The notes beneath the pieces were generated by a model. It did not search any database and was not told where the DNA came from. It saw only the letters and a list, made by a program, of their open reading frames with translations. Shown here in pieces: positions 53,401 through 62,557 of a stretch of 64,000 nucleotides of DNA. Origin of the DNA: an uncultured delta proteobacterium (GTDB lineage: Bacteria; Myxococcota_A; Polyangia; Polyangiales; JAFGIB01); the NCBI GenBank assembly GCA_963778655.1, contig CAVZVA010000009.1, positions 906,235-970,234 on the forward strand, written 5' to 3'. Numbering within the stretch: the stretch's first letter is position 1; each line of letters begins with the position of its first letter. Made by a program: the position numbers and the translations under genes.

Positions 53401-55784
53401 GCCTTGCGTTCGACATCGCTGCTCTCGAGCTGCTGTGGCCGCTGTGTTTCGGAGGGGTCGTCGCTGTCGATCCGGGACTCGCCGCCGACCAGCCGGACGC
53501 GCAGGATTGGCCCGGCCGGCTCGCGGAGGTGGGCCTTCCGCAAGGAGTCACGCACCTGCAGTGCACTCCGACCGGCCTCGCAATGTTGCTTCGCACGGCC
53601 GAGGGCCGTGCGCTGTTGCGCGGCGTGCGCGAGCTCATGATCGGCGGTGAGGTCCTTTCTCCGGCGCTCGTCGGGCGAGCGCGCTCCGCCGGCAGCGCCC
53701 GGATCTGGAACATGTACGGGCCCACGGAGACGACCATCTGGTCCTCGATGCACGAGGTGGGTCGGGTGGAAGGCCCGGTTCCCATCGGGCTTCCGCTGCG
53801 CAACACGCGGTTCTACGTGCTCGATCGCCGCGGCCGCCTAGCGCCCGACGGGCTGCCTGGAGAGCTCTGCATCGCAGGCAGAGGCGTGGCCAAGGGCTAC
53901 GTCGGGCAGCGGCCCGAGGGCGATTCGGTCTTCGTCCGAGATCCGTTTCAGCCAGGCGCGAGCGGGCCGATGTACCGAACCGGCGATCGAGTCCGATGGA
54001 ATGCGGACGGCGAGCTGGAGTTCCTCGGTCGCTACGACGGCCAGATCAAGATGCGCGGGTTTCGAATTGAGCCCGCCGAGATCGAGGAGGTTTTGCTCCG
54101 GCACCCGTGCGTGAGGCTGTGCGCGGTGGTCGTCCACCGACTTGCTGGCCGTGACCAGTTGGTCGCGTTCGTCGAGTTGCAGCAACCAGGCGTCGAGCTC
54201 GGCGAGCTGCGCCGGCATGCGGAGGGGTTTCTGCCTCGCTACATGGTCCCTCATGCATTCGTGGTTCGCGATGCGTTGCCGACACTTTCGAGCGGCAAGA
54301 TCGATCGCAAGAGCCTGGCGCTCGCAGCCCCAGATGCGACGCGATCCATCGTCCACCGGGAGCCGGCCACGGCACTCGAGGCGGCGCTGCTGCGGATTTG
54401 GAGAGAGGAGCTCGTTGCGCCGGCGGTCGGCGTCGACGAGGACTTTGCAGACGCAGGAGGCGACTCGCTGCTCGCGCTACCGTTGCTCGCCCGTCTGCGC
54501 AGCGAGCTCGGACAAGCAGTCACATTGCCACTCCTTCTGGAGAACCCGACGGTGGCGAAGCTCGCGATGGCTCTGGAACGAAGTGCTCGTATCGGGCCTG
54601 AAGCATCGTCTATGGCCCCCGGCGATGCGGTGGGAACGAGGAGCAATGCGAAGATTCTCGACAGGGCGCTTGACCAAGGGCTAGACGGGCCGGTGATTGC
54701 CGCCGCCTTGGCCACGGTTCCGGACGCAATGCTTCCTCACGTCGCGGACGCGAGCTGGAGAGGTTCTCCGATGTGGGTCGCATCCCTGCACACGGATTGG
54801 GGAACGCTGGCGCTCCTGACCCTGCCTGTCGCTGACTCCGAGGTCTACGACGAGCGCGGGCGGCTCCAGGCGCGATGCCAGGATGCGCTCGTGCTGGCTT
54901 CGGAGCTCGGGGCCAAGACGGTGTCGCTCACCGGGCTCACGGCCTCTGCCACGGGTTACGGCCGTTTGCTCAGTGTGCCCGACGAGCGCATCAAGATCAC
55001 GACTGGGCACGCGACCACCTGCGGTGCGGTGGTTCTCACCCTCGCTGGACTGCTGCGAGAGACGGGTCGCCGCATCGACGAGGAGAGGCTCGCCATCGTC
55101 GGTTTGGGCTCCATGGGGCATGGTGTCATGCGCCTGCTACTCGCGCTGGGAATGCATCCCAAATCGCTGGTGCTGGCGGATACGCCGGCGCGAGCATCCC
55201 GTCTGCTGAGAATCGAAGCGGAAGCCAGAAGCCTGGGCTACCTCGGCGAAGCGATGTGCTGCTCGGCCGGAGCGCACGCCAGCCACAAGATATATGCGGC
55301 GACCGCGGTCGTCGGAGCAACGAACGTCGGCGGAGTCCTCGATGTTGCCCGCTTGCCAGCGGGTTGCCTGGTCGTAGACGACTCCGCACCTCACTGCTTT
55401 TCGGTCACGGCCGCGTTCGAGCGCATGAGAGTGCAGAGGGACGTTCTGTTTACGGGCGCAGGCGTGTTGCGCTGCCCGGAGCGCGTCGGGATCAAGGTGA
55501 GCCCGAGCTGGCCCGACCGCTCAGGGCACTCGATCGTCGCCGCCTTCGGTCCGGCCGCCGAAGAGATTCCGGCTTGCATGTTGTCGAGCCTGATGACGAC
55601 GGTGGCGCCTTCGGAGGCGGTGGCCACCGTCGGCGAGGCGCAACTCGAAGCCTTGCTGGGCCATTACCGATGGCTGACTGCGCATCACGTCGGGCACGCC
55701 TCGTTTCACCTTCAGAGCCAGGCTATCGCAACCGCGGACCTCGTCGAGTTCGCCCGCAGATTCGGACACCGGCTGGTCCTCTGA
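50466..55784 (+). CDS. NRPS module with an N-terminal unknown domain and carrier protein: X - ACP - C - A - PCP - acyl-ACP-reductase-like terminal domain
   Basis: Carrier 1: LVRAGLGSLDILRLLDAIE (Ser codon 51273-51275). C domain: HHLVIDEWS (51852-). A domain: YAIYTSGSTGQPKGV, NMYGPTETT, YRTGDRVRW and GRYDGQIKMRGFRIE. PCP: DAGGDSLLALPLLARL (Ser codon 54465-54467). The C-terminal ~400 aa has ITTGHATTCG, the Rossmann segment IVGLGSMGHGV, and IPACMLSS (Cys codon 55575-55577). Confidence 0.88.
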   Translation: MSEDRDRPAGAPPPRKHRHDADAPSFIELECDVARAALALPSDAHGLLALAIALDAVAAGVAEVLGMPKDLACIDVAPALFEPGVVTLNVGVDVLESTFLVKASRAGAGGEQLTIAAMGRLEDPRAAGIPRLSMILSRTGGTVAIELDAVSNEGPGAELIALERALRLAGEAAGSTTRPWARPAHIARFSQAPNRAAVVSIRAVAVEPNMAWVTLLDAEGAPAATLEGVDFGDSASGRQALPALVMEVARATLGEAFGPNDNLVRAGLGSLDILRLLDAIEHAFHRRIGRNAFLRDPTLAGLAALCELEACADPAFDARLSEGEPRPARAVPLTTAERHLWLLEQSGTLAGTYNELIVFRLDGRLDRDALSAAMAQVVHRHPGLRSGFHAEGAELLRNALIRAIPDSRFHDFASLDPEAAQRAATSAIAAHACEPFDLHRGPLLRWISVRMPDATDLLALVAHHLVIDEWSLGRVLLPELCDFYRLPADVRPEPSPAPASLPDRAAREEASRTGSAYAASLAWWTRYLDQAVQPLQLSAAAAADEGAGYDGHVETFPLDPAAIQRLGALARSAGATPASGVMAALQLVLNRLCEEEVFCIGVFCAGRDLVADAGEVGYYANLLPVRADLRGEPSVAELIARVHENMSGVLAHSRVPFAEIAQAARRAGGSSSAAGLVQVVFAQDDLPDRLELGSLRATRIGLDKGRAKFELTVTTRLGGAARAPTMTWEYRTGILDGDSVRRLAQLLGASIDWMSKNPESSISNVELLSSRQASAVIARGSGPQSALPLKRVSQMIVEQAACTPDEIAAVSHAKSLSYRDIERGSRALAAAVHRAGVRPGSFVGVALERGVELPMALLAVLRAGCAYVPLDLDQPPDRLRWIVRDAGVSAVLSSGGSARRTLSELIHVDVPAGVVEEELLPLDEGQLSIEDVAYAIYTSGSTGQPKGVLVRHAGVSNVFHGVAERLGRHESSVWLAVTSLAFDIAALELLWPLCFGGVVAVDPGLAADQPDAQDWPGRLAEVGLPQGVTHLQCTPTGLAMLLRTAEGRALLRGVRELMIGGEVLSPALVGRARSAGSARIWNMYGPTETTIWSSMHEVGRVEGPVPIGLPLRNTRFYVLDRRGRLAPDGLPGELCIAGRGVAKGYVGQRPEGDSVFVRDPFQPGASGPMYRTGDRVRWNADGELEFLGRYDGQIKMRGFRIEPAEIEEVLLRHPCVRLCAVVVHRLAGRDQLVAFVELQQPGVELGELRRHAEGFLPRYMVPHAFVVRDALPTLSSGKIDRKSLALAAPDATRSIVHREPATALEAALLRIWREELVAPAVGVDEDFADAGGDSLLALPLLARLRSELGQAVTLPLLLENPTVAKLAMALERSARIGPEASSMAPGDAVGTRSNAKILDRALDQGLDGPVIAAALATVPDAMLPHVADASWRGSPMWVASLHTDWGTLALLTLPVADSEVYDERGRLQARCQDALVLASELGAKTVSLTGLTASATGYGRLLSVPDERIKITTGHATTCGAVVLTLAGLLRETGRRIDEERLAIVGLGSMGHGVMRLLLALGMHPKSLVLADTPARASRLLRIEAEARSLGYLGEAMCCSAGAHASHKIYAATAVVGATNVGGVLDVARLPAGCLVVDDSAPHCFSVTAAFERMRVQRDVLFTGAGVLRCPERVGIKVSPSWPDRSGHSIVAAFGPAAEEIPACMLSSLMTTVAPSEAVATVGEAQLEALLGHYRWLTAHHVGHASFHLQSQAIATADLVEFARRFGHRLVL

Positions 55785-55861
55785 AGCAACTTCCAGGGCG
55801 GACCAGAGCCAGTGGCGTTTCCCCTGCGATCGGCGATTCGAATCGCCTCACCAGCAGCGGC

Positions 55862-58800
55862 TCAGGACCGATCTTGCGTGGGGTGGGCAAATCCAGGTGC
55901 GTAGGTGGCGACCCACCGCTCCGGGTGCTTGACCCCCTGCGCCCTCAGGGCCGCATCCACGGCGTCGATCTCTCGTGTCCCATCGAGGCCGCCTCTCATC
56001 GCTCCGCGGTTCCGCCGAGCGTACAAGGTGAAGAGCGGCATCTGGCTGCGGTCGCAAGTCGCTACTGCCTCGTCGAGAAGCTGGAGCGCGTGCTCCTTCC
56101 GGCCCTCGATCCGAGCGATCCCCGCACGCGCAATCAGCGACCAGGCCTTCGCGTCCGTCCGGCCCATGTGTTGCAGCGTGGTGGCCTGCTCGCGGGCGAC
56201 GCGAAGCGCCTTCAAGACGTCCCCGCCCCCTTGAGCGGCGCCGAGGGCGGCGCGCGCCAGAAACCAGTGTCCGAGCACCCGGATCGGCAGCGCCCGAAAC
56301 AGGAGACTGTGTTGGAACGCCTCCCAATGCGAAAGGTGATGGGCCAGCGCATCGGAGCCGCGACCGCAGTACAGGTGGACGTCGACGGTGCGGTGGACTC
56401 CCCACAGTCGCAGCGTCGTGAACTCGCCGGTCGCCAGGTCGCGTTGCTCCCGCAGGATTTCTAGCGCTGAGGAAGGGTCGTCGGCCATCAGCCGCGATGC
56501 GGGCACCGCCAACGCCAGGAAACCTCGCGAGAAGTGATCATCGCGCTCCAGCGCTTGGCGGGCCAGATCAGGCGCCTCGCGTGCCACCTCGAGCAAGCTG
56601 CCGGTCTGCTCGATCGCCCCCAGACGGAAGGTCGTGAGTAGATTCTGTTCCCAGGAGGTGCCCGGGCAGTAATTGCGAAAGGTCTCCAGCGCTTCCGAAG
56701 CAGGCGCCAAGGCGTCGGCGAAACGAGCGAAGAAGAACTCGCAGCCGGCTCGTGCCATTTGCGCGGTGGCGTGTGCGTAAGGTGTGCCGACCGTGGACGC
56801 GACCTCCTCCGTGCGCGCCAGTAGCGCTCGAGTACGGGCCTCGTTTCGGGAGCCGCCGATCAGGGCGGCGTCGAATGCTTCCCATGCCAAACCGAGCAGC
56901 AGCCGGTTCGGCTCGCCAGCGCGCAGCACCTCGCTCAGATAGCGCCGCTGGAGCGCGGCCCCGCGAAGCGCATCGATCGCGGAAAGCTCGCGAAACACTG
57001 AGCCGAGCACGTCGACTCGCTCGACAATGAAAGGCGGAACATCGCGGGCGTTGCGCAGGCCCGTATCGAGCCCACGCACGGCGATCGACAACTTGCTCCA
57101 CATCAGCGTGCCGAGCACCGCTGCCGTGCTGCGAGGCCAGGCGACGCCGACGCCCCTCAGAAGCTCTTTGGTGAGGGCCACGCCCTCCTCGATTCTCCCG
57201 CTGCGCAGGTACTGCTGGGCGGCCATCCGCTGCAGAGCTCGCGCTTCCGCCCCTTCGAGCCCCTCCGCCGCCTGCAGGTACGCTTCCGCCGCTTGTGCGC
57301 CGCGGCCGGCGTTGGCGAGGGCGTCACCCAGGTGCTTGTGCAGCTCGCGCCCGGTCGCGTCATCGGGCGGGACGAGGTCGATCGCCTTGCGGAACAGGTC
57401 CGCAGCGCGGTTGAAGGCGAGCTTGGCCGCCGCGGCGTGGGCCGCTTGCATGGCGGTCTCGCCAGCACGGCCGCCGTCGCCGGCCCCGCTGTAATGCACG
57501 ACCAGACGTTCGGGGTCGCCCACGTCGTGGTGCTCCATCGCGTCCGCGATGTGAGCGTGGATGTTGCGCACCACGTCCGGATGCAAGTTGCGCACGACGG
57601 TTTCGCGCACGCGGTCGTGGTAGGTCTCTGCGCGGTCGGTCTGACGCGTGCCGCGGGTCCGAATCAGCCGGGCCGCCCGCAGCGCCAGCAGGGCCGAGCG
57701 GTCGCCGGTCTGTAGCGCCGCCGCCTCGATCGCGACGCCCTGCTCGAGCGGTCCCGCGGCCACGCTGAGCACGCGCAACAGGCGCTGCGCGTCTTCGGGC
57801 ATGCCGGCGATGCGCTCGAGGATGACCTGGTCGAGCGAGACCGGCTGGGCGGCCAGCGCGAAGTGACCCTGCTCGGAATGGGTCTTGAGGTGATGGACCA
57901 GCTCGGCGATGAAGAATGGGACGCCCTCGGCCTCGGCGGCGACGGTCTCGGCGAGCAGCCCACCGGCCTCGCCCAGCTCGCGCAGCAGCGCGGATGCCAG
58001 CTGTCGGGCCTCGTCCTCGCCGAGCGCGTCGACCGCCAGCTCGCGCACCTCGGCCGAGCCCTCGCGCAAGCTGCGCTCGCCGACGATGTGCTGCAGAAAT
58101 GGGCTGTTGTCGGCCTCGTCCCGGCGGTAGGTGCCGACCAGGAGCAAGGGCGGCGGCTCCGGCGGTCCCATCAAGAAGGCCATCAATCGGGCGCTGTCCA
58201 TATCCGCCCACTGCAGGTCGTCGATGTTCAGCACTAGCGGCTGGTAGTCGGTGATGCGCAGCAACAGATCTTTGAGCGCGGCAAACGCCTGGTTGCGCAG
58301 CTCGCGCGCGTCGGTGGTCTGCTTCTGCGAGCGGCGGGCATGGGCGACGGCCTTGACGCGCTTGAGCACCGGAAACAGCAGCGCCAGCGAGTGCACATTG
58401 CGCGGCAAGAGCTCGGCAGCCTGCTCGGCCGGCAAGCGCATCATGTAGCGGCTGAGCGCGTCGATGATGTTGTCGAAGGCTTTGTAGGGCACGTTTTCGC
58501 GCTCGTAGCAGCGACCGCGCAGCACCACCGCCTCGTCGGAGCGGATCAGCTCGTTGGCGAAGCAGCGGACCAGCGCGCTCTTGCCCATGCCCGACAGGCC
58601 GTGCACGAACACCGTGACCGGCTTGCGATTGCGGCTGACCTCGAAGGCGTCGCGCAGCTCCGTCAGGTGCTGCTCGCGTCCGACGAACAGCTCTCCCTGT
58701 TTGCGGATTACGGCCGACGCCTGAGCGTCGAAGACTGGGGGCGGCACCGAGTGACCGGTCAGGTAGCGCAGGATCTCGCTGCCACTCGGGCGCTGCGTGG

Positions 58801-59698
58801 GATCGCGGTGCAGCAGGTCGCGGCAGAGCTGATCGAGATCATCCGGCACACCCTTGACCAGGTCGCTCGGCGGCACCGGCTCGGCTTCGTTCTTGAGTCG
58901 CAGGATCTCCAGCACCGTGCCGTCGAACGGCAGCTGGCCCGTGAGCGCCTCGTACAGCATGCAGCCGACCGCGTACCAGTCGCTGGCTGTGGAGATGGCG
59001 TCGCCCGCGGCCTGCTCGGGTGACATGTACGCGGGCGTTCCGAACACGCAGCCTCCGACCGAGCGCTCGGCGTCCTGAGCTTCCACCTCGACCAGCGTGC
59101 TGCTGCTGACCAGCCCGAAGTCGAGCACGACCACGCGTCCTTCGGGCGTCACCAGCACGTTGCTCGGCTTGAGATCGCGGTGCAGCTTGCCCGCGTCGTG
59201 CAAGGCCGCGACCGCTTCCACCAGCTGGCGCAGCGCGTGGCGCAGGCGCTTGACGTTCGCCGTCACGTGCGGCAGCGGGAACTCGCTGCCGATGGCGCGC
59301 TGGCTGAGCGTGATCGAGACGTCGCGCATGAAGCGCCCGGCGAGCGTCGGCGCCTTCCAGCGCTCGGGCGGATCGCTGCCGCCGCGCGACTCGGTCACGT
59401 ATGCGTCGAAGCTCTGTCCCTCCACCAGCTCCATGGTGAAGAACCACAGCCCGCCCTCGTTGCACAGCTCGTGCAGCGTCACGAGGTTGGGGTGGCTCAG
59501 GTCGGCGAGCTGGCGGAACTCGTTCTTGAGCCGGTAGATGTTGATGGCGTCGCGCTGGCTCAACGCCTTGAGCGCGACCCGCGCGTTGCGCTCGAGATCG
59601 AGCGCCTGGTAGACCACGCCCATACCGCCTTGTCCGAGCTGGCGCTCGATTACGAAGCGCTTGGTGCTCAGGAAGCTGTGGGCGGCTTGGGGCTGCAT
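55862..59698 (-). CDS. Ser/Thr protein kinase fused to AAA/STAND NTPase and TPR-like region, paralogue 3
   Basis: Kinase motifs: GQGGMGVVYQA, VALKAL, HRDLKPSNV, DFG and TPAYMSPEQ. The Walker A is canonical (HGLSGMGKSALV) and the Walker B-like segment is LVLNIDDLQWAD. A long helical C-terminus follows. Confidence 0.9.
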   Translation of the reverse strand: MQPQAAHSFLSTKRFVIERQLGQGGMGVVYQALDLERNARVALKALSQRDAINIYRLKNEFRQLADLSHPNLVTLHELCNEGGLWFFTMELVEGQSFDAYVTESRGGSDPPERWKAPTLAGRFMRDVSITLSQRAIGSEFPLPHVTANVKRLRHALRQLVEAVAALHDAGKLHRDLKPSNVLVTPEGRVVVLDFGLVSSSTLVEVEAQDAERSVGGCVFGTPAYMSPEQAAGDAISTASDWYAVGCMLYEALTGQLPFDGTVLEILRLKNEAEPVPPSDLVKGVPDDLDQLCRDLLHRDPTQRPSGSEILRYLTGHSVPPPVFDAQASAVIRKQGELFVGREQHLTELRDAFEVSRNRKPVTVFVHGLSGMGKSALVRCFANELIRSDEAVVLRGRCYERENVPYKAFDNIIDALSRYMMRLPAEQAAELLPRNVHSLALLFPVLKRVKAVAHARRSQKQTTDARELRNQAFAALKDLLLRITDYQPLVLNIDDLQWADMDSARLMAFLMGPPEPPPLLLVGTYRRDEADNSPFLQHIVGERSLREGSAEVRELAVDALGEDEARQLASALLRELGEAGGLLAETVAAEAEGVPFFIAELVHHLKTHSEQGHFALAAQPVSLDQVILERIAGMPEDAQRLLRVLSVAAGPLEQGVAIEAAALQTGDRSALLALRAARLIRTRGTRQTDRAETYHDRVRETVVRNLHPDVVRNIHAHIADAMEHHDVGDPERLVVHYSGAGDGGRAGETAMQAAHAAAAKLAFNRAADLFRKAIDLVPPDDATGRELHKHLGDALANAGRGAQAAEAYLQAAEGLEGAEARALQRMAAQQYLRSGRIEEGVALTKELLRGVGVAWPRSTAAVLGTLMWSKLSIAVRGLDTGLRNARDVPPFIVERVDVLGSVFRELSAIDALRGAALQRRYLSEVLRAGEPNRLLLGLAWEAFDAALIGGSRNEARTRALLARTEEVASTVGTPYAHATAQMARAGCEFFFARFADALAPASEALETFRNYCPGTSWEQNLLTTFRLGAIEQTGSLLEVAREAPDLARQALERDDHFSRGFLALAVPASRLMADDPSSALEILREQRDLATGEFTTLRLWGVHRTVDVHLYCGRGSDALAHHLSHWEAFQHSLLFRALPIRVLGHWFLARAALGAAQGGGDVLKALRVAREQATTLQHMGRTDAKAWSLIARAGIARIEGRKEHALQLLDEAVATCDRSQMPLFTLYARRNRGAMRGGLDGTREIDAVDAALRAQGVKHPERWVATYAPGFAHPTQDRS

Positions 59699-60069
59699 GC
59701 GATCGTCCCAGATCGGCAGTGGGCGCCAAATTGTTCTGCAGCGCGCCTCCCGAGATCAATGACGGCACCAGTATTTTTTTTCGACTCAGATGTATGCACG
59801 TGTAGGGTCATCGACCATTAGATAAATCATTCTCATTAGATACGTGGCGTGCGCCGCATGTGAATTTCTTCGTGAATAACGCGTGTAATGCGGTGGATAG
59901 GCGGTGGACAGGGAGTGAGCAGCTGCGCGCCTCGGTGACCTGGCAGGAATCTCGAGAAGCGCGAGTTGGTGTGTGAAAGGCGTCACGGGCGGGCGCGTGC
60001 GAACGTCGTAAGCTTTGCACTTCCGCGCGAGGGAGCGGACGCGGTGCGCGGGGCGTACATGAGTCGGAC

Positions 60070-61341
60070 ATGATGACCGGAGAGAACCAGCCGCAACCGA
60101 TCGCCACCGGAGACCTAGGCAAGACCCCGTTCGCCCACCTGGTGCTCTATCTCAACCGCGAGGGTCTGAGCGGGACCCTGGTGGTCGATCGCAGCGGCTT
60201 CGAAACGAAGATTCTGTTTCGCGCCGGCAAGGCCGTGGCGGCTCGCCCGCTGCCGAGAGGAACCGCGCTGCAGGAAGGGCTGCTCGAGCTGTGCGCGCTG
60301 GCCGACTCGCCTTATGCGTTCTGGGAAGGCGACCTGCTGGGCGACTCGCCGGGCGTGGTCAAGGGCACCGTCAATCCGCTGACCTTCGTGGCGGACTCGT
60401 TGCGCGGCCACGTGCGTGAGGCCGTGGTTGTGTCGGTGCTGCAACGCTACCGCGGGGTCCGACTCGTGCTCGCCGCCAACGCCGACGTGCGCCGGCTGGG
60501 CCTGCACGGCCAGGCCGTGCGGCTGCTCGAGCGGCTGCGCGCCGTGCCAACCGCGCCCGAAGAGCTCGTCACGCGTCCTGAGCTGCCCACCGACGAAGCA
60601 CGGCGCTTGTTGTACGTTGGGCTGGTCACCGGGCTGGTGGTCCCCGCCCAGGGCGCGCCGAGCAACCGCTCCGGCGTACGCACGGCGGTGAGCTCGGCCC
60701 CGCCGCCCCCGTCCGAGCGAGTCTCCTCGCAGCCCGCGCGCTCGCCCTCGACGCCCTCGGCTCGCGCGCCGGGGTCGCTTTCGTCGCGCCCGAGCGCCTC
60801 CTCGCTGCCGGCCGCCGACCCGCGCGTTTCGTCGGCGCCGCGCCCTTCGCGCAGCTCGCTGCCCGCGTGGCAGCAACTCGCGTCGCTGCGGGCCGCCGCC
60901 CAAGGCAGCAGCATCCCGCCGGCGCGCGCGCCTACTCCGTCGATGGCGCCGCCGCCGCTCGAGGCGCTCGACGACGCGGGCAAGCTCAGGCGCGCCGAGC
61001 AATGGGTCGAGCGCCGCAACTACGCCGAGGCGATGCGGATCGCCGAGGAGCTGATTCAGCACGACGCGACCAATGCCGATCACGAAGCGCTGCGGGCGTG
61101 GATCCTGTACGCGCAGCTCACCGGCAACAAGCCGTCGCGTCTGCTGATCGAGGCCATCGACGCAGCCCTGCGGCTCGACCCCGAGCACCCGCGGGCGCTC
61201 TACATCAAGGGCATGGTGCTCAAGCGTCTGGGGCGACACCCCGAAGCGATACGGGCGTTTCAGCGCACGCTCGAGGCAGACCCCAAGCACCTGGAGGCGC
61301 AGCGCGAGCTGCGCCTGGCCAAGATGCGACGCGAAAAGTAG
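60070..61341 (+). CDS. DUF4388-type N-terminal domain protein with a Ser/Pro-rich linker and C-terminal TPR repeats
   Basis: The N-terminus is GDLGKTPFAHLVLYLNREGLSGTLVV, the DUF4388-like start as I remember it. The central region is SxP-rich low complexity. The C-terminus is TPR-like (AEQWVERRNYAEAMRIAEELIQHD...ALYIKGMVLKRLGRHPEAIRAFQRTLEADPKHLEA). Confidence 0.65.
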   Translation: MMTGENQPQPIATGDLGKTPFAHLVLYLNREGLSGTLVVDRSGFETKILFRAGKAVAARPLPRGTALQEGLLELCALADSPYAFWEGDLLGDSPGVVKGTVNPLTFVADSLRGHVREAVVVSVLQRYRGVRLVLAANADVRRLGLHGQAVRLLERLRAVPTAPEELVTRPELPTDEARRLLYVGLVTGLVVPAQGAPSNRSGVRTAVSSAPPPPSERVSSQPARSPSTPSARAPGSLSSRPSASSLPAADPRVSSAPRPSRSSLPAWQQLASLRAAAQGSSIPPARAPTPSMAPPPLEALDDAGKLRRAEQWVERRNYAEAMRIAEELIQHDATNADHEALRAWILYAQLTGNKPSRLLIEAIDAALRLDPEHPRALYIKGMVLKRLGRHPEAIRAFQRTLEADPKHLEAQRELRLAKMRREK

Positions 61342-61372
61342 GCGGCCGGGCGGACACCCGGCCCTCCCGCGC

Positions 61373-62557
61373 TCAACAGATTTCGAACAGCCCGGCGGCA
61401 CCCATACCGCCGCCGATGCACATGGTGACGACCGCGTATTTGGCCTTGCGCCGCTGGCCCTCGATCAACGCGTGGCCGGTCATGCGCGAGCCGCTCATGC
61501 CGTAGGGGTGGCCGATCGCGATCGCGCCGCCGTTGACGTTCAGGCGCTCCATCGGGATGCCGAGCTTGTCGCGGCAGTAGATCACCTGCACCGCAAACGC
61601 CTCGTTGAGCTCCCACAGGTCGATGTCGTCGACCTTCAAGCCGTTGCGCTTGAGCAACTTGGGGATCGCGAATACCGGTCCGATGCCCATCTCGTCGGGC
61701 TCGCAGCCGGCCACTGCCAGCCCGCGGTACAGCCCCAGCGGCGAAAGCCCGCGCTTGGCGGCCAGCGAGCGCTCCATCAGCACGCAGGCCGAAGCCCCGT
61801 CCGAGAGCTGGCTGGCGTTGCCGGCGGTGATGAAGCCACCTTCGCCGCGCACCGGCTTGAGGCTCGCCAGCCCCTTCAGGCTGGTGTCGGGCCGGTTGCC
61901 CTCGTCGCGGGTCAGCGTGACCTGCTCGTAGCTGACCGCCTTGGTCTCCTTGTTCACGTTCGCGCGCGTGGTCGCAAGCGGCACGATCTCGGCGTCGAGC
62001 TTTCCTTCGCGCTGCGCGGCCGCGATGCGCATCTGGCTCTGGTAGGAGTACTCGTCCTGCGGCTCGCGCCCGATCTTGTAGCGCTTGGAGACGATCTCGG
62101 CGGTGTCGATCATCGGCAGGTAGAGCTCGGGCTTGGTCTTCAGCAGCTGCGGGTCCTGCGCCCGGTAGCGGTTCTGGTGCTCGTTCTGCACCAGGCTGAT
62201 CGAGTCGATTCCGCCTCCCACCATCACGTCGACGCCGTCGCACACGATGGTCTTGGCTGCGGTCGCGATCGCCATCAGCCCCGAGGAGCACTGGCGATCG
62301 ACGCTCATGCCTGCGGTGGTCACGGGCAGCCCTGCAGCCAGCGCGCACTGGCGCGCGACGTTGAAACCCTGCGTGCCCTGTTGCAGCGCGGCTCCCATGA
62401 TCACGTCCTCGACTTCCTGCGGATCGAGGCGGGCGCGCTTGACCGCCTCGCGGATCACGTGCCCGCCGAGGCTGGGCGATTCAGTGTTGTTGAAGGCGCC
62501 GCGAAACGCCTTGCCGATCGGCGTGCGGGCGGTGGACACGATCACGGCTTCTCTCAT
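61373..62557 (-). CDS. acetyl-CoA acetyltransferase (thiolase II-like)
   Basis: ATG 62557 gives [22 protein letters not shown]. Thiolase motifs: [12 protein letters not shown] (Cys), [18 protein letters not shown] (His) and CIGGGMG (Cys). The ORF-track start at 62776 adds a spurious leader. Confidence 0.92.
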   Translation of the reverse strand: MREAVIVSTARTPIGKAFRGAFNNTESPSLGGHVIREAVKRARLDPQEVEDVIMGAALQQGTQGFNVARQCALAAGLPVTTAGMSVDRQCSSGLMAIATAAKTIVCDGVDVMVGGGIDSISLVQNEHQNRYRAQDPQLLKTKPELYLPMIDTAEIVSKRYKIGREPQDEYSYQSQMRIAAAQREGKLDAEIVPLATTRANVNKETKAVSYEQVTLTRDEGNRPDTSLKGLASLKPVRGEGGFITAGNASQLSDGASACVLMERSLAAKRGLSPLGLYRGLAVAGCEPDEMGIGPVFAIPKLLKRNGLKVDDIDLWELNEAFAVQVIYCRDKLGIPMERLNVNGGAIAIGHPYGMSGSRMTGHALIEGQRRKAKYAVVTMCIGGGMGAAGLFEIC

